Source: an uncultured Candidatus Saccharibacteria bacterium (GTDB lineage: Bacteria; Patescibacteriota; Minisyncoccia; Phycocordibacterales; Phycocordibacteraceae). From it: DNA of 64,000 bases. Positions within the stretch are counted from its first letter, which is position 1. Every line of letters starts with the position of its first letter. The DNA lies in assembly GCA_964469405.1 (NCBI GenBank), contig CAYXYP010000002.1, positions 9,338-73,337 on the forward strand, read 5' to 3'. Shown here piece by piece: positions 1-10,116 of the stretch. Below the pieces are notes generated by a model. It ran no database searches and was not told where the DNA came from. It worked only from the letters and a program-made list of their open reading frames with translations. Both the position numbers and the translations under genes were made by a program.

Positions 1-1262
1 ACAATATCACCGACAACCTTCACTACGCGACCGCCTGTCTCAAGACGAAGCGGGTTTGCAGAGAGATCCCACGATACAGTGCTGTCGACTGCGTCGAGAG
101 TTGCTGCACCGCCAGTTTGCACACCGTCTATGTAGAGGCGGAGGTTCGAGATATCAGAGTTCTTGATAGAACCGATATTGCGAAGCTGGAATGCGCGAAG
201 CGTCACTGCGCGTGTCCCAATCGTTACCGTGTTCTGCCAGACTGTGTAGTCATTCTGGGGGCTCACTGAAGACGAAGAAGGGAGCGTCGTTGTGTTGAAG
301 TCAACTGTAGCGAGCGTCGCTGCAGAAACTGTCTGTGTGTACCCATTGACTGGGAACGACACCGACGAGTCGAGCGTGCCAGTCGAACTCACCGAGACGA
401 GCTGTGCACCAACCTGTTGACCCGATGTGGAGCCTGCGATATCAGCCACGACTGAGACCACGAAGGTCTGTCCTGCTGGAACCGTGAAGAGTCCTGTCGA
501 ATCATTGAAGTTGAATGCGCTGCTGCTTACGCCTGCAGAATCAGTGAGACGCTTTGTCCCATTGTAAATGTAGACGTTTGCAAGTGTCGAGTCGTTGCTA
601 ACGCCAATACGCTTGAAACCAAGATTTGTAACCTTGATGTCAGCACCAGTTGGGTTCGCGAAAGTAAATTTCGCGAGTGTGCCAACTGCCTGGCCTTGCA
701 CGAGAGCGACATTGTTCGGAGAATCCGGTGAGAGCATGACCTTGAGGCCGTTGCCCGTTACTGGAGTCGTCGAAGGTCCAGTTGAAGGACCGGTCGAGAC
801 CGAGCCACTGAACGCTGCGCGCGACTTAGCGCCGAAGTAGCCGGCTGCAGGTGTGACACCCATAGCCTTCTGCCACGCAATAACGCCAGCCTTCGTGAGG
901 GCACCGAAGTAGCCCGTCGCGTTTGCTGACATGTAGCCGCCTGCCTTAAGAGAATTCTGAAGGCAAGTGACCGCTGCACCTGTCGAACCGATCGTGAGAT
1001 CGCCAGTGAAGGAGCAAGCCGAAGATGAAGATGACGGCGTTGTCATTACTGGTGCGCTTCCTGTGAGGGATGCGTTGACGTTTGCGATCGTTGCGCTATC
1101 CGCACCGAACGAAGAGAGGAGCGAGAGAATCGACTGGACCTGCGCTGAGGTCAAAGCCGCTGCGTGCGCCATAGGCGCAAGTGCGAGCATTGACGTCGCC
1201 ATCGCGAGTCCGGTCGCCACTGCTGCGATCTTCGCGATCGCTTTTGTAGTTACCGTTTGCAT
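1..1262 (-). CDS. Secreted surface (S-layer-like) protein with peptidoglycan-binding domain; runs off the window edge
   Basis: Hand translation from ATG 1262: MQTVTTKAIAKIAAVATGLAMATSMLALAPMAHA signal peptide, then LTSAQVQSILSLLSSFGAD, then PG-binding-like LTIGSTGAAVTCLQ...TGYFGALTKAGVIAWQ. Absent from the ORF track because its stop lies outside the window. Confidence 0.8.
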   Translation of the reverse strand, partial: MQTVTTKAIAKIAAVATGLAMATSMLALAPMAHAAALTSAQVQSILSLLSSFGADSATIANVNASLTGSAPVMTTPSSSSSACSFTGDLTIGSTGAAVTCLQNSLKAGGYMSANATGYFGALTKAGVIAWQKAMGVTPAAGYFGAKSRAAFSGSVSTGPSTGPSTTPVTGNGLKVMLSPDSPNNVALVQGQAVGTLAKFTFANPTGADIKVTNLGFKRIGVSNDSTLANVYIYNGTKRLTDSAGVSSSAFNFNDSTGLFTVPAGQTFVVSVVADIAGSTSGQQVGAQLVSVSSTGTLDSSVSFPVNGYTQTVSAATLATVDFNTTTLPSSSSVSPQNDYTVWQNTVTIGTRAVTLRAFQLRNIGSIKNSDISNLRLYIDGVQTGGAATLDAVDSTVSWDLSANPLRLETGGRVVKVVGDI

Positions 1263-1307
1263 AACAATTGTTAAGAATTTAGGGAGCACATAATAAGCAA
1301 GTAAGGG

Positions 1308-1495
1308 AGTTGTAATTCGCTAAAGCGAATTACAACTAACACTCACGTCGCATTATTTTTTGCTAGGTTTCCCCGCGAAAAAAATGAGACGCTGTGTTGA
1401 AGCACGTTCACTTTCACACTACCCCACAGCGCACGGCATCGACCAGTACGCCATGGGTTAGTTGGCAAGAGTTGATGTTCGTCGTTTGACGAACT
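1308..1495 (-). promoter_or_regulatory. Structured 5' leader (4 hairpins) of the surface protein gene
   Basis: Inverted repeats at 1308-1337, 1338-1398 (GAAA loop on - strand), ~1418-1462 (G-U pairs on - strand) and 1477-1494. Confidence 0.55.
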
Positions 1496-1591
1496 ATTCA
1501 TTTATCAAAGTACGCCCTACCGGGAACTAAATAGTGCCCGCAAGGACTATGCCTAGTATATAGCGGAAACGAATATTTTCCGATATCGGCA

Positions 1592-1600
1592 TGTGGATAA
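1592..1600 (-). promoter_or_regulatory. Perfect DnaA box (TTATCCACA)
   Basis: TGTGGATAA on + strand, in intergenic DNA. Confidence 0.4.
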
Positions 1601-1751
1601 CAGCTAGGAAATAGGTACGTAAAATAGGCCGTTTCCGGCCTTTACAACGTTCCTATGCCCCAGTCGCTACCACAGGCCACATACTATCAAATGAGACACT
1701 TTTAGTCAAAAACATGCTGACTTTGGACTAAGTTACTTCACTGCACGATGT

Positions 1752-2543
1752 CTAAGAGAGAGAATAGGTACTCCAACGACGTTCACCCTGCTTCAGTACA
1801 ATTCCGGCCTCAATAAGAGAAATGAGCTCTCGTTGTATGGTTTTTTCAGAAACATTCCTTATAAGTGTCGAGATGTCCTTTATACTTGCATTGCCTTTAC
1901 TTCTTATTACGGACAATACGGCTTCACGTCTGTCCTTTACAACGCTAGCAGCCCCAGCAGTGTCCTTTATATGTCCTTTATCCGTATTTCGGGTCGGTCG
2001 GGCATTGTTCTTCAACGTCATGAAGTTTGATTTCGGACTCTGGAGAACTTCCCTTCTCGATGCACTCTTAGCAATATCGGAGAGTGTCGGAGCTTCATCT
2101 AAATGGAACCGCGGCTCTTCATAGGCGGCAACTTCTTGCAATAGGATATGGGCCTCATGGGCGATGATCTCGGCGTTCATAGAAGAAAGAAGATTGCCCG
2201 TGCGAGCCATAGAGAGGAACGAGGAAAGTGCAAGAAGTTCGCGCGAGAGTGCTACTCGAGCGACAGCCGGTGGAAGTACCGCAGCATCAACAAGACCGAT
2301 CGCTATCGTATCGATACGATTTCTTAAAGACAACGAGCCAGAGAACGCGGGGGCCACCAGATGGACCGCTTTCGCGAGTCTTTCGGCCTTTTTGTATATA
2401 AATACTCTACGTATGTCCTTTTCGAATATGTTCGTAAATATGCTTTTTTCTAAGACGAAATCTTCTGTGATTGCATCCTTGCCCCGAACCTGACTTTGTC
2501 GGATTTCGGTGCTATGTCCTATATCTGATTGTCCTTGTCCCAT
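1752..2543 (-). CDS. Helical-bundle protein with C-terminal DeoR-like winged HTH
   Basis: C-terminal RREAVLSVI...SIKDI...VSEKTIQRELISLIEAGIV...GERRWSTY. Confidence 0.7.
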   Translation of the reverse strand: MGQGQSDIGHSTEIRQSQVRGKDAITEDFVLEKSIFTNIFEKDIRRVFIYKKAERLAKAVHLVAPAFSGSLSLRNRIDTIAIGLVDAAVLPPAVARVALSRELLALSSFLSMARTGNLLSSMNAEIIAHEAHILLQEVAAYEEPRFHLDEAPTLSDIAKSASRREVLQSPKSNFMTLKNNARPTRNTDKGHIKDTAGAASVVKDRREAVLSVIRSKGNASIKDISTLIRNVSEKTIQRELISLIEAGIVLKQGERRWSTYSLS

Positions 2544-2649
2544 ACTATATAGGACAGTATACGTCTCGGGAACCCCGGTGCAAGTCTGTCTTGCCTTCGA
2601 TTAGGCTTCACCCAGAATGATTGGGTGGCTGAAATGCTACAATATACGT

Positions 2650-4887
2650 ATGAGTCGCAGAAATGGCAACGGGAAACGCGGGCGCGGGCGGGAAGAAGAT
2701 GTCAAAAATTACGGCACGCTTGTCCGCTACGCTTCAGCAATTGTACTCCTCGCGGCGGGCGTCCTACTTACGCTTGCGGTATTTGGCGGAGCAGGTCCTG
2801 TAGGCACGACGATTTTCAACACGAGTTATGCGATTGTCGGCATTGGTGCATTTCTTCTACCAATCGCGTTAATTTCAGTCGGTCTTTATGCTGGCTTCAG
2901 ACGACCCGTGCTTGAGCCTTTGACCACTTCCGGCCTGCTTATCATCTGCGCTTCTGTACTCGCTTTTGTTGGACTCTTCCCTACTACCAACCTTGGTGGA
3001 ATAGCCGGAACATGGGAAGGAGAAATGCTCGCTGGGTTCTTCGGCTTCTGGGGTGCGGTAGTGCTACTACTCGCAGTAATCGCTATTGGTATCGCTATTG
3101 TGAGTGATATCGAAGCAATCGGGATATTCCTCGGTGAAAACATTCTTTCGCTCTGGCAGCGAATACGTGCACGCAAAGAGAATGAGGAAGAACTTTTTGA
3201 GGAGGAGCTCGCAGTCGTCGGTATACCTGAAGATGGCGGGGTGCACGACGATCAGGAAGAATATGAAACGGAAAATGAAACTCCTCTGCGACCAGAACAT
3301 GAACCAGTGGTGACGATCTTCAATCGTGCTAGCGGCGCTCAAGGAACGGGCATAGCAAACTTCGATGCGGAGTATGAAGCGCCGCCGCTCTCAATTCTCG
3401 GTGCTGACCGAGGAAAGCCGGGTGTAGGTGATATCAAAGCAAATGCGAACATCATTAAACGTACATTTCAAAACTTCGGCATCAATCTTGAAATGGATGA
3501 GGTGTCGGTCGGCCCCACGGTCACACGCTACGCCGTGAAGCCAGCCGAAGGAGTACGCCTCTCAAAGATCGTGTCGCTCGCAAACAATCTCGAACTCGCG
3601 CTTGCTGCGCATCCGGTACGCATCGAAGCGCCCATCCCAGGGAAATCACTCGTCGGTATCGAGGTGCCAAATACAGTCAAGGCAATGGTCGGACTCGGCG
3701 GAATCCTCGGAGCTCCCGAGTGGAGCGATAGCACTAAGCCCCTACTCGCCGCCCTCGGTCGCGATATTACCGGTACGCCGCATTACGTGAACATTGCAAA
3801 AATGCCGCACGGCCTCGTCGCAGGTGCGACAGGGTCTGGCAAATCGGTTGCTATTCATGCAATCATCACCTCTCTCCTCTACCGAAACGGTCCAAACCAA
3901 TTGCGCTTCATCATGATTGATCCGAAACGCGTCGAGCTCACTGCCTATAACGGCATTCCGCACCTTCTTACGCCGGTGATTACCGACCCGAAGAAGGCCA
4001 TCTTCTCTCTCAAGTGGGCAGCCAAAGAAATGGAGCGCCGATACAATATTCTTGAGAAAGAAAAAGTGCGTGACATTGACTCCTACCATGCAACCATTTA
4101 TGAACCGGCGAAGAAAAAAGACGCCGAAGAGATGCCCGAGGCACTCCCGTATATCGTCATTGTCATCGATGAGCTCGCGGATATCATGCACAGTTACCCG
4201 CGAGAACTCGAAGCCTCTATCGTCCGACTTGCGCAAATGTCACGCGCCGTCGGTATCCATTTGGTACTCTCTACGCAACGCCCATCAGTAAACGTCATTA
4301 CCGGCCTCATTAAGGCAAACGTACCGACACGCATGGCACTCCAGGTCGCTTCTCAAATAGATTCCCGCACCATTCTTGATGGTGCTGGTGCGGAGTCACT
4401 TCTCGGTGCGGGTGACATGCTCTATCTCTCGAGTGATATGCAGAAACCGGTGCGCATCCAAACGGCATACATTAGTGAGAATGAGGTAAAGAAAGTAGTG
4501 AGCTATATCAGGAGCCATAATGCAGGAGACCTCTCGAGTATCGATTTTGGTGGGAGCGGTAGCGGGTCCACGACAGAGCCGAGCGACCTTATCGGACTCG
4601 CAAACGGTAGTTTCGATGATACTGATGACATTGACGACGATCTGTACGCGGGTGCCCGCACGGCAGTGGAGGAAGCAGGTAAAGCTTCGACTTCCTATTT
4701 GCAACGCAAACTTAAAATCGGATACTCTCGAGCGGCGCGACTGATGGATGTACTTGAAGCAAAGGGAGTTATTGGTGCAGCGGACGGATCAAAGCCTCGC
4801 GAAGTACTCACCGGCATACCCGCCGGAAGACAAGGAAATGCAGCAATTCTGGATGAGTCAGGTGAGAACGAGAAGTCTGTCTTCTAG
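2650..4887 (+). CDS. ftsK: DNA translocase FtsK/SpoIIIE
   Basis: N-terminal TM helices, Walker A GATGSGKS, IDELADIM, gamma domain STSYLQRKLKIGYSRAARLMD. ATG 2650 preferred as start. Confidence 0.95.
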   Translation: MSRRNGNGKRGRGREEDVKNYGTLVRYASAIVLLAAGVLLTLAVFGGAGPVGTTIFNTSYAIVGIGAFLLPIALISVGLYAGFRRPVLEPLTTSGLLIICASVLAFVGLFPTTNLGGIAGTWEGEMLAGFFGFWGAVVLLLAVIAIGIAIVSDIEAIGIFLGENILSLWQRIRARKENEEELFEEELAVVGIPEDGGVHDDQEEYETENETPLRPEHEPVVTIFNRASGAQGTGIANFDAEYEAPPLSILGADRGKPGVGDIKANANIIKRTFQNFGINLEMDEVSVGPTVTRYAVKPAEGVRLSKIVSLANNLELALAAHPVRIEAPIPGKSLVGIEVPNTVKAMVGLGGILGAPEWSDSTKPLLAALGRDITGTPHYVNIAKMPHGLVAGATGSGKSVAIHAIITSLLYRNGPNQLRFIMIDPKRVELTAYNGIPHLLTPVITDPKKAIFSLKWAAKEMERRYNILEKEKVRDIDSYHATIYEPAKKKDAEEMPEALPYIVIVIDELADIMHSYPRELEASIVRLAQMSRAVGIHLVLSTQRPSVNVITGLIKANVPTRMALQVASQIDSRTILDGAGAESLLGAGDMLYLSSDMQKPVRIQTAYISENEVKKVVSYIRSHNAGDLSSIDFGGSGSGSTTEPSDLIGLANGSFDDTDDIDDDLYAGARTAVEEAGKASTSYLQRKLKIGYSRAARLMDVLEAKGVIGAADGSKPREVLTGIPAGRQGNAAILDESGENEKSVF

Positions 4888-4896
4888 CGACAACAT

Positions 4897-5292
4897 ATGA
4901 TTAGATACTTTACCCTCGCAATCCTCACAGTCCTCATTGGATACGGCCTTCAGGAGGCTTGGCCGCTCATGGCGGGACCAACTCTCTCTATCGATTCCCC
5001 CATCAATAACGCCTCCTTAGAGAACGGTATTGTGACCATCTCTGGGAAAGCAGTCCGCGCCGCTGAGATTACACTTAATGGTGCCACAGTCCTCCACAAA
5101 GAGGATGGTAGCTTCTCAACGATTCTAACTTTTCCCCATGGGGGCTCTATACTTACCTTCAGAGCCACCGACCGATTCGGCAGGACTCTAACCTCCACAC
5201 GCACTATTTTTGTACCCGATTTTGTACCCGAAAAAGTATCGATCTTCACCAAATCCTCAATAGATCCATCTACAGATTCACCCGGTAGGTGA
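4897..5292 (+). CDS. Small membrane-anchored Ig-like protein
   Basis: N-terminal TM helix, then GP.LSIDSP...F.ATDRFGR beta-sandwich pattern. Confidence 0.6.
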   Translation: MIRYFTLAILTVLIGYGLQEAWPLMAGPTLSIDSPINNASLENGIVTISGKAVRAAEITLNGATVLHKEDGSFSTILTFPHGGSILTFRATDRFGRTLTSTRTIFVPDFVPEKVSIFTKSSIDPSTDSPGR

Positions 5293-5339
5293 TTCTGCCA
5301 AATCAAGTTATCCTGCTACATCGACTAACAAACACCAAC

Positions 5340-6389
5340 ATGGCCTTCAAAAAATCAGCGAAAGAAAAAGTGCTCAAAACTGTTACCGCAGCGACTGCGG
5401 ATATGAGCGAAAAGCAAAAATCGATTGACCAGGCGCTGAAAGAAATCCGTACTAAATTTGGCGACGAAGCGATTGCAACCTATGGTACTGGTACTCCACA
5501 AAAAATACCGACGATATCAACGGGATCTATCGGCCTTGACGCTATTCTCGGTGTAGGCGGCCTCCCGCGCGGACGTATCATCGAAATATTTGGGCCAGAA
5601 TCCTCGGGGAAAACAACGCTCGCACTCCATGTCATCGCTGAAGCGCAAAAAGCCGGAGGTATCGCAGCATTCATCGACGCCGAGCACGCGCTCGACCCAG
5701 AATACGCCCAGCGAATCGGCGTGAAGCTACCTGAACTTCTCATTTCGCAGCCGGACACAGGAGAACAAGCTCTTGATATCGTTGAAAGTCTGGTACGAAG
5801 CGGGAATGTTGATGTTATCGTCATTGATTCCGTTGCTGCACTCACACCAAAGGACGAAATTGAAGGAGAGATGGGCCAGCAACACATGGGCAAACAAGCC
5901 AGACTTATGAGCCAAGCGCTCCGGAAACTTACTGCCATCGCTGCACGTAGTAAGACTATCGTCATCTTCATCAACCAGATCCGCATGCAAATAGGCGTCA
6001 TGTTCGGTAATCCCGAAACAACACCGGGCGGGAAAGCTCTTAAGTTTTATACTTCGGTGCGCCTCGATATTCGTCGTATCGCGTCAATAAAGAAAGGCGA
6101 GGAGATCGTAGGCGGTCGCGTACGCGTGAAAGTGGTTAAAAATAAAGTCGCGGCACCTTTCAAAACCACCGAGTTTGATCTTCTCTATAATGAAGGAATA
6201 AGTCGTGAGGGAGAACTCATTGCTCTTGGTGAAAAATTTGACCTTGTGGCGAAGTCAGGTGCCACCTATAAGATGGGTGATACGAAGCTTGGCGTCGGTT
6301 ACGATGCCTCACGCGTATACCTGCGTGAGAACAAACCGATCTCAAAGGATCTTCTCAAACGAATCCAAGAAAAACTCGCGGACAGCTAA
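5340..6389 (+). CDS. recA: Recombinase RecA
   Basis: [45 protein letters not shown] 5340 preferred as start. Confidence 0.98.
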   Translation: MAFKKSAKEKVLKTVTAATADMSEKQKSIDQALKEIRTKFGDEAIATYGTGTPQKIPTISTGSIGLDAILGVGGLPRGRIIEIFGPESSGKTTLALHVIAEAQKAGGIAAFIDAEHALDPEYAQRIGVKLPELLISQPDTGEQALDIVESLVRSGNVDVIVIDSVAALTPKDEIEGEMGQQHMGKQARLMSQALRKLTAIAARSKTIVIFINQIRMQIGVMFGNPETTPGGKALKFYTSVRLDIRRIASIKKGEEIVGGRVRVKVVKNKVAAPFKTTEFDLLYNEGISREGELIALGEKFDLVAKSGATYKMGDTKLGVGYDASRVYLRENKPISKDLLKRIQEKLADS

Positions 6390-6727
6390 CCTCGCGCCGG
6401 AATAAGGATGGAGGAAATGATGCGCGCAGTTTCGCGCGCAAGATAGACAAGGGAAATGATTGTGAGCACCGAAAGAGCCTGCACGACAATATGTGTGTGA
6501 TTGAAAGCGGCTACATAGAAATTAGGGAGGTTGGTGAAATCGCTCGGAGCATTCTGGAATACTTGCGCGACCCATACTTCCCTCCCAATACCCCACAGTG
6601 CGAGCAAGAGCGCGAGCGCGGCAAGAGATTCGAGTGAAATAAGCGGACGCAATATACGGATGATATACACACGCCGCATCACAATACGTTCGATATTTGA
6701 TTGATTATTCATAGTGTTGTTTGTCAT
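6386..6727 (-). CDS. Two-TM membrane protein, candidate anti-sigma factor
   Basis: Two hydrophobic segments; overlaps the 3' end of the ECF sigma gene. Confidence 0.55.
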   Translation of the reverse strand: MTNNTMNNQSNIERIVMRRVYIIRILRPLISLESLAALALLLALWGIGREVWVAQVFQNAPSDFTNLPNFYVAAFNHTHIVVQALSVLTIISLVYLARETARIISSILIPARG

Positions 6728-7301
6728 AGGATTGTTTGAAAAGTTTTTTCGCGCGGTGAATGCGAGTCTTTACTGCGGGAATTGAAATTTTTTCCACTGC
6801 GGCGACCTCCTCCTGGCTTTTACCTTCGATGAACTGTAACCGCAATATCTTCGATGCGGTTTCAGGAATTTTCGCGAGCGCGGCCAGAACTTCGCTTCTG
6901 AGCGAGAGATCTTCAAGAAATTCTGCTTGTGCATCCGGCAATGATTCGTAGTGCTCAGGAAGAAGCTCGGCCCGCTTCCCTCGCTCGATACTCGCTGCGC
7001 GATATTTCGTATACGCAACCCGATTGAGAATGATGTAGGCCCACGAAGAAAAACTAGCACCATCCTGAGGACGATACTTATCCGCGTAAAGGTACATCTT
7101 GGTAAACGCGTCCTGTACCGCCTCCTCTGCGTCCTCAGGAGAGGACAAAATGCGTCGTGCACGACGCAGGAGTGCCGCTTCATAGCGATGGACGAGAATG
7201 GAGAAGAGCCCCGGCTCCTTCGCGACGCGCGCAAGCACTTCAGCGTCTGAAAGTGCGCCCGGGTCCTCTATAGTTGAAAAACTCATAATGCCCTGTATCA
7301 T
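6705..7301 (-). CDS. ECF-type RNA polymerase sigma-70 factor
   Basis: Region 2 DAEEAVQDAF...FSSWAYII; region 4 SQEEVA...AVKTRIHRAK. Confidence 0.9.
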   Translation of the reverse strand: MIQGIMSFSTIEDPGALSDAEVLARVAKEPGLFSILVHRYEAALLRRARRILSSPEDAEEAVQDAFTKMYLYADKYRPQDGASFSSWAYIILNRVAYTKYRAASIERGKRAELLPEHYESLPDAQAEFLEDLSLRSEVLAALAKIPETASKILRLQFIEGKSQEEVAAVEKISIPAVKTRIHRAKKLFKQSYDKQHYE

Positions 7302-7448
7302 ACGCCTATCCCCGTTAGATAAGAACTTTTAAGGTCCTGCGGCACAAGCAGAGGCTAGTAATAATCTCGACTTACTGCTGTGCCCTAAGTTCGTTATCTA
7401 ATAGGGTACTTTTTATAACAAATCTTATCAATCTTTAGTTTCAGAACC

Positions 7449-8024
7449 ATGGCCGTACTGTCATACAACGAAATTCTCAAGGGCAGCATCATCAACTACA
7501 ACAATGAACCGTACGAAGTACTTTCGGCGCATATCTTCCGCATGCAACAAAGGAAGCCTGTGAACCAGACGAAGCTCCGCCACCTTATTTCTGGAAAAGT
7601 CACTGAAATCTCTTTCCACCAAAATGAAACCGTGACCGAGGCAGACATCGGGAAGATGCAGGCACAGTATCTTTACACTAATAAAGACGAGAGCTGGTTT
7701 GCCGAGGAAGGTAACGCGAAGAACCGTTTTTCATTTCCAGAGGATGCGGTGCACGATAAAGTTCAATGGCTCACACCAAACTCCACTGTCGAGATACTGA
7801 CCTACGAAGACAAGCCGATGACGGTTAAAATACCGGTAAAAGTTGACCTGGAAGTTAAGGATGCTCCGCCTGCAGTGAAGGGCAACACGGTCTCGGGTGG
7901 CAACAAGCTTGCGGTGCTTTCTACTGGCGCAAAAGTAAACGTCCCCCTCTTCATCAATACAGGCGATATTATTCGCATCAATACCGATTCGGGCGACTAC
8001 ACTGAACGAGTCGAGAAGAAGTAA
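7449..8024 (+). CDS. efp: Elongation factor P
   Basis: PAVKGNTVSGGNK.A.LSTGA.VNVPLFINTGD.IRINT. Confidence 0.95.
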   Translation: MAVLSYNEILKGSIINYNNEPYEVLSAHIFRMQQRKPVNQTKLRHLISGKVTEISFHQNETVTEADIGKMQAQYLYTNKDESWFAEEGNAKNRFSFPEDAVHDKVQWLTPNSTVEILTYEDKPMTVKIPVKVDLEVKDAPPAVKGNTVSGGNKLAVLSTGAKVNVPLFINTGDIIRINTDSGDYTERVEKK

Positions 8025-8065
8025 GGTCTAAAAAAACCGCTCGGAGCGGTTTTTTTAGACCTTAC
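8021..8065. terminator. Bidirectional intrinsic terminator
   Basis: 22-bp perfect inverted arms with A/T tracts, between convergent efp and rpsR. Confidence 0.85.
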
Positions 8066-8077
8066 TCACAAACTTTC

Positions 8078-8284
8078 TTATGCAGCAACGTAGGGAAGAA
8101 GTGCCATGTAACGTGCGTGCTTGATAGCTTGCGCGATGTCGCGCTGCTTCCCTGCCGGAATGCCGGTGCGCTTTTTTGCAAGAATTTTCGCATGCGGGCT
8201 CGTGAACAACTTAAGATAAGCTACATCCTTGTAGTCAATAAATTTCTTGATTTCGATCTCTTCACGCTCTGATTGATAGGCCAT
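8078..8284 (-). CDS. rpsR: 30S ribosomal protein S18
   Basis: IDYKDV..L...KI...RTG...KQR.IAQAIK.ARYMALLPY. Confidence 0.95.
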   Translation of the reverse strand: MAYQSEREEIEIKKFIDYKDVAYLKLFTSPHAKILAKKRTGIPAGKQRDIAQAIKHARYMALLPYVAA

Positions 8285-8293
8285 AAAAATAAT

Positions 8294-8746
8294 TTAAAAA
8301 GGAATATCTTCCGGATTAATTTCTTCATCCGGGTACTTAATTTCGTCCGCACCCTTTGGCGCAGGTTGCTCCTCATGGGTACCGCCTTGTGTACCAGCAG
8401 ACGAACCGCCCTTACTGCCATCGGCGCCGAACTGGAACGTATCTACAATGATTTCGGTACGATAATTTTTCTTTCCATTTTCTTTATCGTCCCACGACCG
8501 TGTCTGGAGGCGACCTTCAATAAAGACCGGTCGACCTTTCTTGCAATACTGTGCGATGACTTCTGCCGTACGTCCGAATGCGACGACATTATGAAACTCT
8601 GTTGTCTCCTGCTTGGCTCCGTTTTTGTCCTTGAAGGTACGGTTCGTTGCAAGGCCAAAATTCGCAACCTGGCTTCCAGACGGGAGCGCCTTTAGCTCCG
8701 GGTCACGAGTGAGATTGCCATAGAGAAGTACTTTGTTGAGATACAT
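8294..8746 (-). CDS. ssb: Single-stranded DNA-binding protein
   Basis: LNKV.L.GNLTRDPE, EGRLQTRSW, C-terminal DIPF. Confidence 0.97.
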   Translation of the reverse strand: MYLNKVLLYGNLTRDPELKALPSGSQVANFGLATNRTFKDKNGAKQETTEFHNVVAFGRTAEVIAQYCKKGRPVFIEGRLQTRSWDDKENGKKNYRTEIIVDTFQFGADGSKGGSSAGTQGGTHEEQPAPKGADEIKYPDEEINPEDIPF

Positions 8747-8751
8747 ACTCT

Positions 8752-9243
8752 TTATATTGTGGCACTCTCGAGCGCTACATCGAGCTCAGCGCCAAGAACC
8801 GCTTCTGGGTCCTCCACATGCTCTGGGGCTTTCATAGCAAGCTCGCGCATCTCAACGGAATGACGCGCGGCGTCCTTTGTAGTACCGAGATCGATAAAAC
8901 GAATGATGCGCTTATCGGCGCTTGCGGCCTGTACTATTTCAGCATGATTTTCTGCCGAAGTTTCGTAAACAATCCAAGCGAAGTGAGCGGAGTCGAAGTC
9001 GCGACGACCGGCAACTTCTTGACGAGAGATAGTGTAAGCGAGCTGAATCTTTACCGGTTCGCCTTCAGCAACGACAGCGCCTTTCTCGGAAATAACGCTA
9101 CGCATCACTTGATATGCCTTCTTCACTTCCTCAGTAGGTAGCTCGGGATCGAGATGGAAACCAAGTTCGTAGACGCGTGACTCCGAGCCCTCGTTATCGA
9201 GAGCCTCGTCTGTATGCATCTTCCCGTCCTGATTCTTAGCCAT
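8752..9243 (-). CDS. rpsF: 30S ribosomal protein S6
   Basis: YEL..., LAY.I motifs; rpsF-ssb-rpsR order. Confidence 0.85.
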   Translation of the reverse strand: MAKNQDGKMHTDEALDNEGSESRVYELGFHLDPELPTEEVKKAYQVMRSVISEKGAVVAEGEPVKIQLAYTISRQEVAGRRDFDSAHFAWIVYETSAENHAEIVQAASADKRIIRFIDLGTTKDAARHSVEMRELAMKAPEHVEDPEAVLGAELDVALESATI

Positions 9244-9303
9244 AATAGCGGCATCCTAGCACGAGATTTTTACGTCCGCAAGAGTTACGTTTGACCCTCA
9301 CAA

Positions 9304-10116
9304 TTAAGATAATGCGAACAGACGCTGTGCGTTGGCGAGGAGTGTTGCACGAACGGTTTCCGGATCTTCACGCCGAATCTCTGCGATCTTCTGTACGACT
9401 TCTATAACCGCAAGAGGGTCGTTACGGGTCCCACGACGGGACACAGGTGCGACGTACGGTGCGTCGGTTTCAGATAGAATACTCGTAAGTGGAACCGATT
9501 TGATGACTTCATCATAGTCGCGAGCAAATGTAATGACTGCGGTGAAAGAAATGGTGAAATCAAGCGCAATGAGAGCCTTTGCTTCTTCCAAGCCGCCAAC
9601 AAAAAAATGAATGTCGCCGCGCAGGCGGGGATACTTAATTTTTTCCTCTTTCAATACATCGATAACTTCGCGATATGCGTCCATCGACCCTTTTGAAGGG
9701 CGCGCATGAATGATGAGTGGTTTATCGAGAACGGTGGCGAACTCGATGTGTTTTTTTAAAAGTTCTTTCTGTGCGCGCTTCACTTCCTCATTTACTTCAG
9801 CAGGGCGAAAGAAATCAAGTCCGCACTCCCCTATCGCCACAACTTTTGGATGCTTCGTAAGCGCGCGGTATTCATCTTCATGAAATAATTCATCCCCCGC
9901 ATGATTCGGATGGAGTCCGACAGAGGCGTAAAGATGTTCATGTTTCTCTGCTAGGGCAAGAGCCTTCATCGATGACGAGTGGTCGACTCCGACAACAATT
10001 CCCGAGACATTCTCTTCGCCCATTCGATTAATAAGCTCTGTTTCGTCGTGTGCATACTGGTCAAATTGAATATGGCAATGCGCATCCACATAGCGAGCGT
10101 CTCTAACAGGGTTCAT
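9304..10116 (-). CDS. tatD: TatD family hydrolase
   Basis: DAHCH, GLHP, AIGECGLD, ETDAPY. Confidence 0.93.
   Translation of the reverse strand: MNPVRDARYVDAHCHIQFDQYAHDETELINRMGEENVSGIVVGVDHSSSMKALALAEKHEHLYASVGLHPNHAGDELFHEDEYRALTKHPKVVAIGECGLDFFRPAEVNEEVKRAQKELLKKHIEFATVLDKPLIIHARPSKGSMDAYREVIDVLKEEKIKYPRLRGDIHFFVGGLEEAKALIALDFTISFTAVITFARDYDEVIKSVPLTSILSETDAPYVAPVSRRGTRNDPLAVIEVVQKIAEIRREDPETVRATLLANAQRLFALS

Noticed and set aside
527-1293. Short ORFs listed in the track at the window start
   Set aside because: Antisense or out-of-frame shadows of the long - strand surface protein gene.
1752-2543. Diversity-generating retroelement (Avd-like domain)
   Set aside because: No reverse transcriptase and no TR/VR repeat pair seen in the window.
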